Assembly: GCA_963812135.1 (NCBI GenBank)
Contig: CAWETU010000001.1
Span: 2,142,018 to 2,206,017 of the forward strand
DNA from: Vulcanimicrobiota bacterium
Lineage (GTDB): Bacteria > Vulcanimicrobiota > Vulcanimicrobiia > Eremiobacterales > Eremiobacteraceae
Direction of reading: 5' to 3'
Length of the DNA stretch: 64,000 nt
Under the pieces are notes generated by a model, which was given only the letters and a program-made list of their open reading frames with translations, did no database searches and was not told the DNA's origin. This document shows, piece by piece, positions 56,166 through 64,000 of the stretch. Each line of letters starts with the position of its first letter. Positions within the stretch are counted from its first letter, which is position 1. The position numbers were made by a program, and so were the translations under genes.

Positions 56166-56936
56166 ATGAGATGGGATAGTCGCTTCGTCCTGTGTGCTGT
56201 GTGCCTGATCGTGCTGGCCGCAGGTTGCTCGAAAGGTTCGCAAGGCGGACCCTCGGGTGGCCAGACGCTAAGCACATTTCCCATGTACTCGCCGAGTTCG
56301 GTTGCCACCGTCGGCAAATACGACGATAGCAATGAAGTCACAAAGCTCGGCTCGTCGTTTTTTGAGACAGGCCCTGACGCGAATCACCCATTCATCGGTA
56401 CGCAGGAGCTGCTCAAGACGAGCGCGAGCATCGACGATCTCGATGCGTGGCTCGTGAAACTCGACCAGTCGCCTCCCACTGATTTCTCTCCGAATGAAAC
56501 GCCCGAGCAAACCACGAGCGCCGCTCCCGCCACCGGGCAATCGGGCGCACCGGAGCCGAGTCCTTCGCCGAGCGAGAATCCGATACGAGATTCACTGAAG
56601 ATATTCGGTGTTGTGCCGTCAGAGTATTGGACGAAAGACCACAGCCGCGTCGTGATGTTGATCGTCTTCGATCCGAAGAAGGTGGCCGATCACCTCGGCC
56701 CGACGATGGACGTGCTCGATCAATATGACAAGATCCCCGCGCTGATGCGCGGCGCGATGGACGAGACCATCAAGAAGCAGGTCGGCCTTTCGGTCTCGGA
56801 CCTGACGAGCCCGAACACGCCGATGGGGATGATCGTCTACGCAGCGCGCAATTGGAGGAACGAAGACACCCGTGCGATTATCCTGGTCGATGCGAATCGC
56901 CAGACGTACACGCTGCCGACCCCGCACAACACGTAG
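56166..56936 (+). CDS. lipoprotein of unknown function
   Basis: GGAGG SD, ATG at 56166 and lipobox LAAGC. Confidence 0.75.
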   Translation: MRWDSRFVLCAVCLIVLAAGCSKGSQGGPSGGQTLSTFPMYSPSSVATVGKYDDSNEVTKLGSSFFETGPDANHPFIGTQELLKTSASIDDLDAWLVKLDQSPPTDFSPNETPEQTTSAAPATGQSGAPEPSPSPSENPIRDSLKIFGVVPSEYWTKDHSRVVMLIVFDPKKVADHLGPTMDVLDQYDKIPALMRGAMDETIKKQVGLSVSDLTSPNTPMGMIVYAARNWRNEDTRAIILVDANRQTYTLPTPHNT

Positions 56937-56974
56937 CCTTTGATCCCGCCGTCTAAGGAGTGCAGACCCTTGCG

Positions 56975-57267
56975 CCGTTCACCACGTGAGCGCCGGTGAG
57001 CGGGTGAGAGTGCCCCGGCGGACACGGACCTGCCAGAGTTTTTGCGACATCGGATGGAACCAGATAGTGTTCGAGATCCGATTCGTTCAAGGCGCCGCCA
57101 CCTGAGGTGATGCGCGCCCACCGCCCCTCTCGCTTAGCCGCAAGAATCTGCCCCCGTTCACCACTACGCCGTCAGCAGTCGAGATCGTGCCCGACGGACA
57201 CGGACCGTGCCAGAGTTTTTGCAAGATCGGATGGAACCAGATGGTGTTCGAGATCACGATTCGTTAC
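56975..57267 (+). repeat. imperfect direct tandem duplication with a period of about 176-179 bp (two conserved ~115-bp cores)
   Basis: CCGTTCACCAC...GGACACGGACC(G)TGCCAGAGTTTTTGC.A.ATCGGATGGAACCAGAT.GTGTTCGAGATC..GATTCGTT occurs at 56975-57090 and 57154-57267. Confidence 0.75.
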
Positions 57268-57560
57268 GGCAGCGACTTTGAAGGCGACCATCAACGGTCT
57301 CATGTTCGGCAACACGCCGAAGATGGTCATGAAGAAGGGTGAACGCGTGCGCTGGTATCTGCTCGCGATCGGGTTCAGCTCCAATCTCCAGACCGTGCAC
57401 TAGCCCTCGTAGACCGTCGTGAACGCCGGCAAGATCAACAATGTCTCGGCATCTCGCCCGCGCAGTTGGAAGTCGTCGATATGGCGCCCGTCAACCCGCG
57501 ACAAGCTGTTGATCGTCAGTGACGACAAAGTTGCAGTTGTGGTGGTCAACATAGTGACGG
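57265..57560 (+). pseudogene. decayed remnant of a ceruloplasmin-type multicopper oxidase (C-terminal cupredoxin domain)
   Basis: 'TINGLMFGNTPKMVMKKGERVRWYLLAIG....LQTVH' parallels the ceruloplasmin repeat motif INGxMFGNxxGLxMxxGDxVxWYLxGMGxExDLHTVHFHG. It is followed by in-frame TAG stops (57401, 57410). Recognisable fragments (ISPAQLEVVDMAPVNP, DKLLIVSDDKVAVVVVNIVT) follow in shifted frames. Confidence 0.5.
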
Positions 57561-57578
57561 CCGCGAACAGCGCAATCA

Positions 57579-58619
57579 CTATACCCACTCCGGAGCTGCG
57601 GGTTCGGGGATCAGCGCGTACTTGTAGCCCTGTCTGCGATCGAGGCGTTCGAAAATGTCTTGCAGGTTCGCCAAGGGCGCGATGCCGGAGACGAGCGGAC
57701 GCACCGGGATGCTGCCCGCGATCAATAGATCGCGCGCCTCGCGCACGTCGGCGGGCGTGAAGTGAAATGCGCCGAGCAGCGTGAGCTCTTCGTAGTGGAG
57801 GCGCGTCGCGTCTACCGGCACCTCACTGCCCGACGACAGGCCCGAAAAGAGCAGCGTGCGTCCGCCTGGGCGCGTCAGCGCGACCGCCTGGCGCCATGTC
57901 TCGGGCGTGCCGGCGCATTCGATGACAGCGCCGAATTTCGGCGCCGCGAGTTCGGCCGCTTGCGCGCTCGCGTCGATCGTCTCGTGCGCGCCGAGCGCGC
58001 GGGCAAGTTCGAGACGAGGCGCGCTGCGCGCGATCACCGTTGCGCGGATGCCTGCGTGCTTGGCGTAGAGCAGGTGCAACAGTCCGATCGTGCCCGCACC
58101 GATGATCGCCAGACTTTGCGGGTTGGGGCGTTGCGCGTTCGCGCGACGCAGGGCGTTCCAGCCGTGCACGACGCAGCTCAGCGGCTCCAGGAAGGCCGCC
58201 TCGATGTAGCTCAAACCGACGGGCTTCTTGAAGACATTGCGGCGCACGATCTTGCGCGGCAGCACGATGTAGTCTGCATACGCGCCGAGCGCCATGTCGT
58301 CGAAGATGTGCTCGCACAGGTTCTCCGAGCCGCTGCGGCACGCATCGCATTCGCCGCACGGCGCGGTCTGCACCCACATGATCGCGTCGCCGGGTTTGAA
58401 CTCTTTGACGTCGCGGCCGATGGCAACGACGTCGCCCGCGGCCTCATGGCCGAACGGACCGAACTTGAGCTTCGGATGTCCGCGGCGATAGGTCTTCAGG
58501 TCGGTGCCACAGGTGAGCGCCGCTCGCACTCTTACGAGGAGTTCACCCGCGCCTGGCTGCGGACTGGGCGCCTCGCGCCACTCCAACGTCTTCGGCGCGG
58601 TGAGGGTCGCTTGGCGCAC
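57579..58619 (-). CDS. zinc-dependent medium-chain dehydrogenase (sorbitol/threonine DH-like)
   Basis: GTG at 58619 overlaps the upstream TAG. Motifs CGTDL, GHEAAGDV, CGECDACRSGSENLC and IIGAGTIG. The longer ORF to 59729 is out-of-frame overlap with the neighbouring gene. Confidence 0.85.
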   Translation of the reverse strand: MRQATLTAPKTLEWREAPSPQPGAGELLVRVRAALTCGTDLKTYRRGHPKLKFGPFGHEAAGDVVAIGRDVKEFKPGDAIMWVQTAPCGECDACRSGSENLCEHIFDDMALGAYADYIVLPRKIVRRNVFKKPVGLSYIEAAFLEPLSCVVHGWNALRRANAQRPNPQSLAIIGAGTIGLLHLLYAKHAGIRATVIARSAPRLELARALGAHETIDASAQAAELAAPKFGAVIECAGTPETWRQAVALTRPGGRTLLFSGLSSGSEVPVDATRLHYEELTLLGAFHFTPADVREARDLLIAGSIPVRPLVSGIAPLANLQDIFERLDRRQGYKYALIPEPAAPEWV

Positions 58620-59509
58620 TACTCGATCACGCGCACGCCGGCGGCGCGCTCGTACAATTCGGATACGACGCTGTAGTCGAGCTTGCCGTAGCCTTCGCCC
58701 GAGGCTTGCAGATACAATTGGCCGGCGAGCGCCGAGGCGATCATCGGGATCTGCATCTGCTTGGCGGCGTCGAGCGCGGCATTGAGATCTTTGCGCAGCA
58801 GATCGAGCGCGAAGCCGCCTTCGTGACTGCCCTTGAACCACGTGTTGGGCAGCCATTTGTCGAGGAGGTAGTTCGAACCGGTCGCGGTCGCGATCACTTT
58901 GCGCAACAGCTCGATGTCGGCGCCCGACTTCTTGGCGAACACCATCGCTTCGACGTCGGCGAGCATCACCACCGAGATGATGATCTGGTTGACGAGTTTG
59001 AACGTCTCGCCCATGCCGGCGGGTCCGACAAGGGTGGGATTGCCCATCGCTCGCAAGATCGGCTCGCACGTCTGATAAGTCTGCTCGTCGCCACCCGCCA
59101 TGATCGTGAGCTCGCCGCTCGCCGCGCGGCTCGGGCCGCCCGAGACGGGCGCATCGAGCATGTGGATGCCGCGCTCGCGCAGCTTTTCGTGAAACGAGCG
59201 CGACGCGACAGGCGAGATGGTGGACATGTCGATGACGTACGCGCCGGATTTCATGCCCGCCGCCACGCCGCGGTCGCCGAAGAGCGCTTCTTCGACTTGC
59301 GGGCTGTCGGGCACCATGATGACAACGGCCTCGGAGGCGGCGCCGACCGCCGCCGGATCCTTCTCTTCGATCGCGCCTTGTTTGACCAGGCGTTCGACGC
59401 GTTCGCGCGTTTTGTGCGCGCTGATATGGAGGGTGAAGCCTGCGCGGAGCAGCGACGTGCCCATCGGCTCGCCCATCGCGCCGACGCCGACCAGTCCTAT
59501 GTGCTTCAT
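58619..59509 (-). CDS. NAD(P)-dependent 3-hydroxyisobutyrate / tartronate-semialdehyde reductase family dehydrogenase
   Basis: GLVGVGAMG, DAPVSGG and FKLVNQ motifs; 296 aa. Confidence 0.85.
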   Translation of the reverse strand: MKHIGLVGVGAMGEPMGTSLLRAGFTLHISAHKTRERVERLVKQGAIEEKDPAAVGAASEAVVIMVPDSPQVEEALFGDRGVAAGMKSGAYVIDMSTISPVASRSFHEKLRERGIHMLDAPVSGGPSRAASGELTIMAGGDEQTYQTCEPILRAMGNPTLVGPAGMGETFKLVNQIIISVVMLADVEAMVFAKKSGADIELLRKVIATATGSNYLLDKWLPNTWFKGSHEGGFALDLLRKDLNAALDAAKQMQIPMIASALAGQLYLQASGEGYGKLDYSVVSELYERAAGVRVIE

Positions 59510-59554
59510 GCCCGTAGAATGGGCCGAGTGGAGCGAAAGCTCCTGGCGAGCGTG

Positions 59555-60598
59555 CTAGGTCGAGATCTTGCCGATCTGCGACGCGTTGAATTCCTCGAAC
59601 CAGATGTTGCCGTCCGCGCCGGCCGCGACGCTGCTTGCGCCAGCCTGCGGGGTGGGCAGCCCCCACTCGGTGATGGTGCCTGCGGTCGTGATGCGTCCGA
59701 TCCGATTCGCAAGGAACTCGGCGAACCACAGATTGCCGTCGGGCCCGACCGTGATGCCTTGCGGTTCGTCAGTCGCGATCGATTTGGGAACGGTGAGCGG
59801 GTACTCGGTTATCGTGCCGCCGGTCGTGATCTTGCCGATCTTGCTTGGCCCATCTTCGGTGAACCAAAGATTGCCGTCGGGCCCCGCCACAATGCCCCAG
59901 GGCTGGCTTTGCGGCGTGGGGATCGTGAACTCGGTCACCTGACCGGCCGGCGTGATCTTGCCAATATATCCGACGTTGTCGGCGAACCAAACATTGCCGT
60001 CGGGACCTTTGGTGATGCCCATGACACCCGGTGTATCGCCGTTCTTCGACTTGAACGCGTAGGTCGTGATCGTTCCGCCGGGCGTGATCTTGCCGATGAG
60101 TCCGGACGCGCCGAACCAGATGTTGCCGTCCGGTCCGGCCGAGATGTACTCAATGAGACTACCGCCTGACACCGTATAAAGCGTCGCGGTCCCGCCTGTC
60201 GTCAGGCGTCCGACTTGGTTCGTGTTGATCGACGTGAACCACAAGTTGCCATCGGGACCGGTGGCGATGCCGTTGAGCTGCAAGCCTGGGGTGGGCAACG
60301 TGTATTCGGTGACGCTGCCGGCGGGCGTGATCTTGCCGATCTTGCCGGTGATGAGCTCGTTGAACCACACGTTGCCGTCTGGTCCTTCGGTCAACCCGTA
60401 TGGATCGGCGTTTTTCGTCGTCAGCGAGTACTCTGTGACGGTGCCGGCGCTTCCGGTCGGGCCACCTCCGCCGGGTCCGTGTGGAGCGCCTGGCGTTCCA
60501 CCGCCGCCGGCGCATCCGGCTGCGGCGAGCGCGAGCGAAACGCAAAGCGCGGGAAATCGAACCTTGGTGAGCACGTGCGGTCCCCTTTTGATAGACAT
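59555..60598 (-). CDS. beta-propeller lipoprotein with Vgb (streptogramin lyase)-like repeats
   Basis: ATG at 60598 with lipobox LAAAGC. There are 7 repeats of G(I/L)..GPDGN(L/V/I)WF......IG(K/R)IT..G..TE(Y/F). Confidence 0.75.
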   Translation of the reverse strand: MSIKRGPHVLTKVRFPALCVSLALAAAGCAGGGGTPGAPHGPGGGGPTGSAGTVTEYSLTTKNADPYGLTEGPDGNVWFNELITGKIGKITPAGSVTEYTLPTPGLQLNGIATGPDGNLWFTSINTNQVGRLTTGGTATLYTVSGGSLIEYISAGPDGNIWFGASGLIGKITPGGTITTYAFKSKNGDTPGVMGITKGPDGNVWFADNVGYIGKITPAGQVTEFTIPTPQSQPWGIVAGPDGNLWFTEDGPSKIGKITTGGTITEYPLTVPKSIATDEPQGITVGPDGNLWFAEFLANRIGRITTAGTITEWGLPTPQAGASSVAAGADGNIWFEEFNASQIGKIST

Positions 60599-60712
60599 TC
60601 TAAACGATGAGTGCCCATTAAGGATGTAACCCAGCTCGTTATCGCAGGTCACACCCTGCGCTCAGCCTGGTATCTTTAGTAATAGGCTTCTGGGCAAAGG
60701 TGACCGTTCACG

Positions 60713-61087
60713 CTATTCTTTTGCAGGCTCCCACAGTTCGACGCGATTGCCATCGAGATCGGTGAACCAGCCGAAGCGCCCGTAGTCGAGTTCCTCGATC
60801 TTCTGGTCGACGGTCACGCCCGCAGCGCGCAATGTTTTGAGCATCTCATCCAGATCGTCGACGCGATAGTTGATCATGAAATTCGCGCGACTGTCCGCGA
60901 AATATTTGTCGTCTTTGGCGAACAGCCCCAATACCGTCATGCCTGGCGATCCGTCTTCCTCTTGCCACGTGAAGATGGCCGAGTTGTCGTTGATCTTGAT
61001 CCCAAGATGCTCGCGGTACCACGCGCCGAGCTTGTCGATGTCCGCGCTCTTGAAGAAAACTCCGCCGATTCCGGTCACTCGAGCCAT
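60713..61087 (-). CDS. VOC/glyoxalase-family protein
   Basis: 124 aa. GIGGVFFKS...YRVDDLD...GRFGWFTDLDGNRVELWEP is the typical VOC fold pattern. Confidence 0.85.
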   Translation of the reverse strand: MARVTGIGGVFFKSADIDKLGAWYREHLGIKINDNSAIFTWQEEDGSPGMTVLGLFAKDDKYFADSRANFMINYRVDDLDEMLKTLRAAGVTVDQKIEELDYGRFGWFTDLDGNRVELWEPAKE

Positions 61088-61098
61088 ATCAACCCCCG

Positions 61099-63417
61099 TT
61101 AGAAGCGTTGGGTCACGGTGAGCCGCACCGCGCGGCCCTGCAGCGAGTACGCATCGGTTGGCATCGTCCCGCCGGGTATCGGATACGGCACACCCGCGCC
61201 GACTAGCGTGAACTTCTGGTCGAACTGATCCGTGAGGTTGCTGCCGGCGACGCTCACATCCGTGTGGCCGAACGACATGCCGACGCTTGCGTCGACGAGC
61301 ATATAGGCGCCGCGGTCGAGCTCGTTGTTCGTGCTCTCATAGGATCCGGTCAGTGAATAGCTCAGGCCGCCGGGTTGCGCCGCTCGGTCCACGAGCAGTT
61401 GGGCCTTATGCAACGGAATGCCCTGGAACTGTGCGCCGGGGATCACGTCCGGCGCGGCGGGGTTCAACAGGAACGGATTCACCGTCGGAAACGCGGAGTT
61501 GATGCCGTAGCTGGCTTGCAGCGCGACGCTCGGCGTCACCGGCTGGTCGACGCGGAGCTCGACGCCTTGGTAGTACGACTGCCCGATGTTGCCGAGGAAC
61601 GTCAATTGGCCGGCCGCATTGACGGTCTGAAAGCCCGCGTCGTCGATGAGCGTGCGATACGCGTTGAGCACACCATGCGTCGGGTAGCGGCCGTGGCCGA
61701 AGAGATGCTCGGCGCCGAGCTCGTACTCGACGGAACGCTCGGCTTGCAGCGCCGGGTTGAACGCGAGCTCGCTGAGGAGCGGTGCCCGAAAACCGGTACC
61801 AAAGGAGGCGCGCACGACGCTGTCTGGTGGCGTCCACACGAGCGCGACGCGCGGATCGAGACTCGTGCCGAACGTGCTGAAGGCGCTGTAGTACAACGCG
61901 GTCGTGTAATGCAAGCGGGCGGTAGGGCTCCACGTGTAGCGCCCGACCGCCCAGCGCTCGATGGCGTATTGCGTCGGCGGTCCCGGTGCGAATGCGTCCG
62001 GCGCCGTGAGCCGCTCGCGCCGTATGTCATACACGAGTGCCAGCGTGCCGTCCGACGCCGCGCTCGATGCTCGCTCGTACGAGACGATATCGTCGTCGAT
62101 GCGATCGGCCTCGTTGATCAGATACGGGTTAAGCGTCGGACTGATGTTTTCTGTCGATTGGTTGTAGAGCTGCGTGAGATGCCGGAGCGTCAGCGTCGCC
62201 GGCACGACGCCATTCACATCCTTTGCGCCGAGCGGCAGCTGGAGGTCAGCGCTGTATGAAGGCGCGGCGCTCGACACCGAGGCGCCCGGCGCATTGATCG
62301 CGGTGAACGGGGCATTCGGCGCCGTATCGGCCGGATCGTCAGGCGCGCTCAACGGCGCGGACAGGTCGCGGATCGCCGCCGTGTCGCGAAAGCCGACTTC
62401 AAGAAAGCCTTCGCGGCCCGGGATCGAGTAACGGAGTTTGGCGAGCGCGATCGTGCCGTCGATGCTCGACCCGACGTTTGCGGTTTGCGCCGGCGTGCCC
62501 GGACCCGGCGTCGCGATGGTGATCGGAAAGTCGAAGACTTGGCCTTGCGTGGTGAAGCGACGATACAACGCCGCATAGCCGATGCGTTCATCGGTACCGG
62601 TGGCTTCGACGGTCTCGCCGAACGTGTCGAAACTTCCGTACGACGCGCGCAACAGGCCTTGCGCCTTCGCGGTCGGTTCGATGGTCCGGAAATTGATCGC
62701 GCCGCCTTCGGAGTTCGCGCCGACGAGCGATGAGGGCGCGATGCCGTAGACGATCTGCACGCCCGCGAACTCGGCCGGGTCGAGCAGCTCGAGCTCGACG
62801 TCGCCCGTGTTGTTGTTGTTCAATTGATGTCCGTCGACGTCGACGATCGTCTCAGATGGATCAGGTCCGCGAAGCGCAGCGCTTTGCGGCAGTCCCGGCG
62901 CGCCGCCGCCTTGTCGCACCATCGTCACCGAGATCTGCTGCGCGAGCACGTCGCTCAGCTGGACCACACCGCGTTCCGCGAGCGCCTGCGGATTGATCTC
63001 GGTGGTCGGGGCGGACGCGCGTGAGAGCGCAGCTGAACCATTCACGATGACGCTGCCGAGCGTCGCCACGCCACCCGCCGCAGCTCGCTGCAAGACGATC
63101 TCAACATGCGTTGGGGTATCGGCGCTGACCGCGACCTCGCGGTTCGCGATCGGTGCGAAACCTGGCGCGCGGACCTGCAACCCGTACGCGCCGGCTTGGA
63201 CATTTGGAATGGTGAACTCGCCATCGCCATCCGACACGGACTCATAGCGATGCGCGGGTGCGATCAAGACGACATGCGCGGCCGCGATCGGCGCGCCGCC
63301 CGAATCCTTAATTAGACCTTCGACGAATCCGGATGCCGCTGCGGGCGCCGCGAAGAGCACGAGCAATCCTAATGTCATCATCACACGGCGTGGCCACATG
63401 TTGAAAGGACTTGTCAT
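61099..63417 (-). CDS. TonB-dependent-receptor-like outer-membrane beta-barrel with N-terminal carboxypeptidase-regulatory-like domain
   Basis: Signal peptide, then a CarbopepD_reg-like unit (DGDGEFTIPNVQAGAYGLQVRAPGF). Plug-like segment (..VTMVRQGG....SAALRG..PSETIVDVDG), a long beta-barrel and a C-terminal ...TVTQRF. The start is ATG 63417 or a downstream Met. Confidence 0.8.
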   Translation of the reverse strand: MTSPFNMWPRRVMMTLGLLVLFAAPAAASGFVEGLIKDSGGAPIAAAHVVLIAPAHRYESVSDGDGEFTIPNVQAGAYGLQVRAPGFAPIANREVAVSADTPTHVEIVLQRAAAGGVATLGSVIVNGSAALSRASAPTTEINPQALAERGVVQLSDVLAQQISVTMVRQGGGAPGLPQSAALRGPDPSETIVDVDGHQLNNNNTGDVELELLDPAEFAGVQIVYGIAPSSLVGANSEGGAINFRTIEPTAKAQGLLRASYGSFDTFGETVEATGTDERIGYAALYRRFTTQGQVFDFPITIATPGPGTPAQTANVGSSIDGTIALAKLRYSIPGREGFLEVGFRDTAAIRDLSAPLSAPDDPADTAPNAPFTAINAPGASVSSAAPSYSADLQLPLGAKDVNGVVPATLTLRHLTQLYNQSTENISPTLNPYLINEADRIDDDIVSYERASSAASDGTLALVYDIRRERLTAPDAFAPGPPTQYAIERWAVGRYTWSPTARLHYTTALYYSAFSTFGTSLDPRVALVWTPPDSVVRASFGTGFRAPLLSELAFNPALQAERSVEYELGAEHLFGHGRYPTHGVLNAYRTLIDDAGFQTVNAAGQLTFLGNIGQSYYQGVELRVDQPVTPSVALQASYGINSAFPTVNPFLLNPAAPDVIPGAQFQGIPLHKAQLLVDRAAQPGGLSYSLTGSYESTNNELDRGAYMLVDASVGMSFGHTDVSVAGSNLTDQFDQKFTLVGAGVPYPIPGGTMPTDAYSLQGRAVRLTVTQRF

Positions 63418-63445
63418 CAACCGGAGTAAGCGCCTCCCCGCGTAC

Positions 63446-64000
63446 ATGAAAACTCGGCTCGAAGGCATACTCCTCGGTCTGCTCAGCGTCCTCGCGTTCA
63501 GCGTCACGCTGCCGGCGACGCGCGTCGCCGTCCCCGAGTTGGGCGCCGCCTTCATCGGCGTCGGACGCGGCGCTGTTGCGGGCCTCATCGCGCTGCTGGT
63601 CGTCTTGGTGCTGCGCGAACCGTTGCCGGAGCGGCGCCATTGGAAGGGCCTCGCAATCGTCGCGCTCGGCGTGACCGTGGTCTTTCCGTTGTTCTCGGCG
63701 TTCGCGCTGCGCTCGCTGCCGGCCGCGCACAGCGCCGTGGTCGTCGGCTTGTTGCCGGCTGCCACCGCCGTGATGGCCGTGCTGCTGGTCCACGAACGGC
63801 CGCCGCTCGCGTTCTGGCTTGCAAGCGGGGCGGGCGTTCTCGCCGTGTTGGTGTTCGCGGCGGTCGAGGGCGCCGGGCGGCCGCAGCCCGCGGATCTTCT
63901 TCTGCTGATCGCGACGCTTGGCGGCGCGGTCGGTTATGCGGAGGGAGCCCGGCTCGCGCGCGAGCTTGGCGGCTTCCGCGTGATCCTGTGGGCGCTCGTG
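63446..64000 (+). CDS. EamA/DMT-family transporter (3' end outside window)
   Basis: The ORF from ATG 63446 is open to the window end. It shows successive TM helices in an EamA-like pattern (LLGLLSVLAFSVTLPATRVAV..., FSAFALRSLPAAHSAVVVGLLP). Confidence 0.75.
   Translation, partial: MKTRLEGILLGLLSVLAFSVTLPATRVAVPELGAAFIGVGRGAVAGLIALLVVLVLREPLPERRHWKGLAIVALGVTVVFPLFSAFALRSLPAAHSAVVVGLLPAATAVMAVLLVHERPPLAFWLASGAGVLAVLVFAAVEGAGRPQPADLLLLIATLGGAVGYAEGARLARELGGFRVILWALV

Noticed and set aside
57579-59729. 716-aa ORF suggesting a large fusion protein
   Set aside because: The N-terminal ~370 aa are an Arg-rich out-of-frame overlap of the 3-hydroxyisobutyrate-dehydrogenase-like gene (58619..59509). 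The recognisable Zn-dehydrogenase starts at GTG 58619.
1-64000. tRNA, rRNA, riboswitch, integrase/transposase, toxin-antitoxin or restriction-modification genes
   Set aside because: I scanned the intergenic regions and small ORFs and saw no cloverleaf-like T-arm/anticodon arrangement, rRNA-like stretch or recognisable family motifs. A covariance-model scan would be needed to exclude small RNAs.

Overview
GC-rich bacterial chromosomal segment. I saw no rRNA, tRNA, CRISPR array, transposase or prophage.

Layout:
- 1-24 kb: mixed housekeeping and accessory genes. These include the 3' part of a STAND/TPR regulator, an S53 sedolisin with a secreted partner, mgsA, an OmpR/HK two-component operon with a TPR protein, and an orphan phage/eCIS tail-tube-like gene. 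Also present are several secreted proteins, an AddAB/AdnAB-like two-subunit helicase-nuclease, rtcB, a MetE-like methyltransferase, a cupin, a Zn-ADH and a NarL-type regulator.
- 24.3-56.9 kb: a ~32-kb surface-polysaccharide locus. It has a LuxR regulator, VanZ-like protein, Wza-like and Wzc-like export proteins, and a complete WbpA/B/D/E/I-type set for a UDP-2,3-diacetamido uronic acid. It also has a glucuronyl C5-epimerase-like gene, a Wzy-like polymerase, GT4 and GT2 transferases, and two tandem paralogous lipoproteins. The rest comprises a priming phosphotransferase, a second aminotransferase/oxidoreductase/acetyltransferase cassette, an FAD oxidoreductase, a deacetylase, a 1002-aa double GT-C membrane protein and an ABC-2 exporter.
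- 56.9-64 kb: a decayed ceruloplasmin-type multicopper-oxidase remnant with a ~177-bp tandem duplication, two dehydrogenases, a Vgb-like beta-propeller lipoprotein, a VOC protein, a TonB-dependent-receptor-like OMP and a partial EamA transporter.

Two cross-cutting signals stand out:
1. A 24-nt palindromic REP-like element (GGTCGAATAAATTCGACCGCTACA) is present about 10 times, always in the same orientation. Some copies sit in-frame inside coding regions, where they read GR(I/M)(N/H)STA(T/A).
2. Nine reading-frame interruptions occur in otherwise well-conserved genes, and all nine need the same +1 correction.

All family assignments come from motif recognition by eye. No database search was run.
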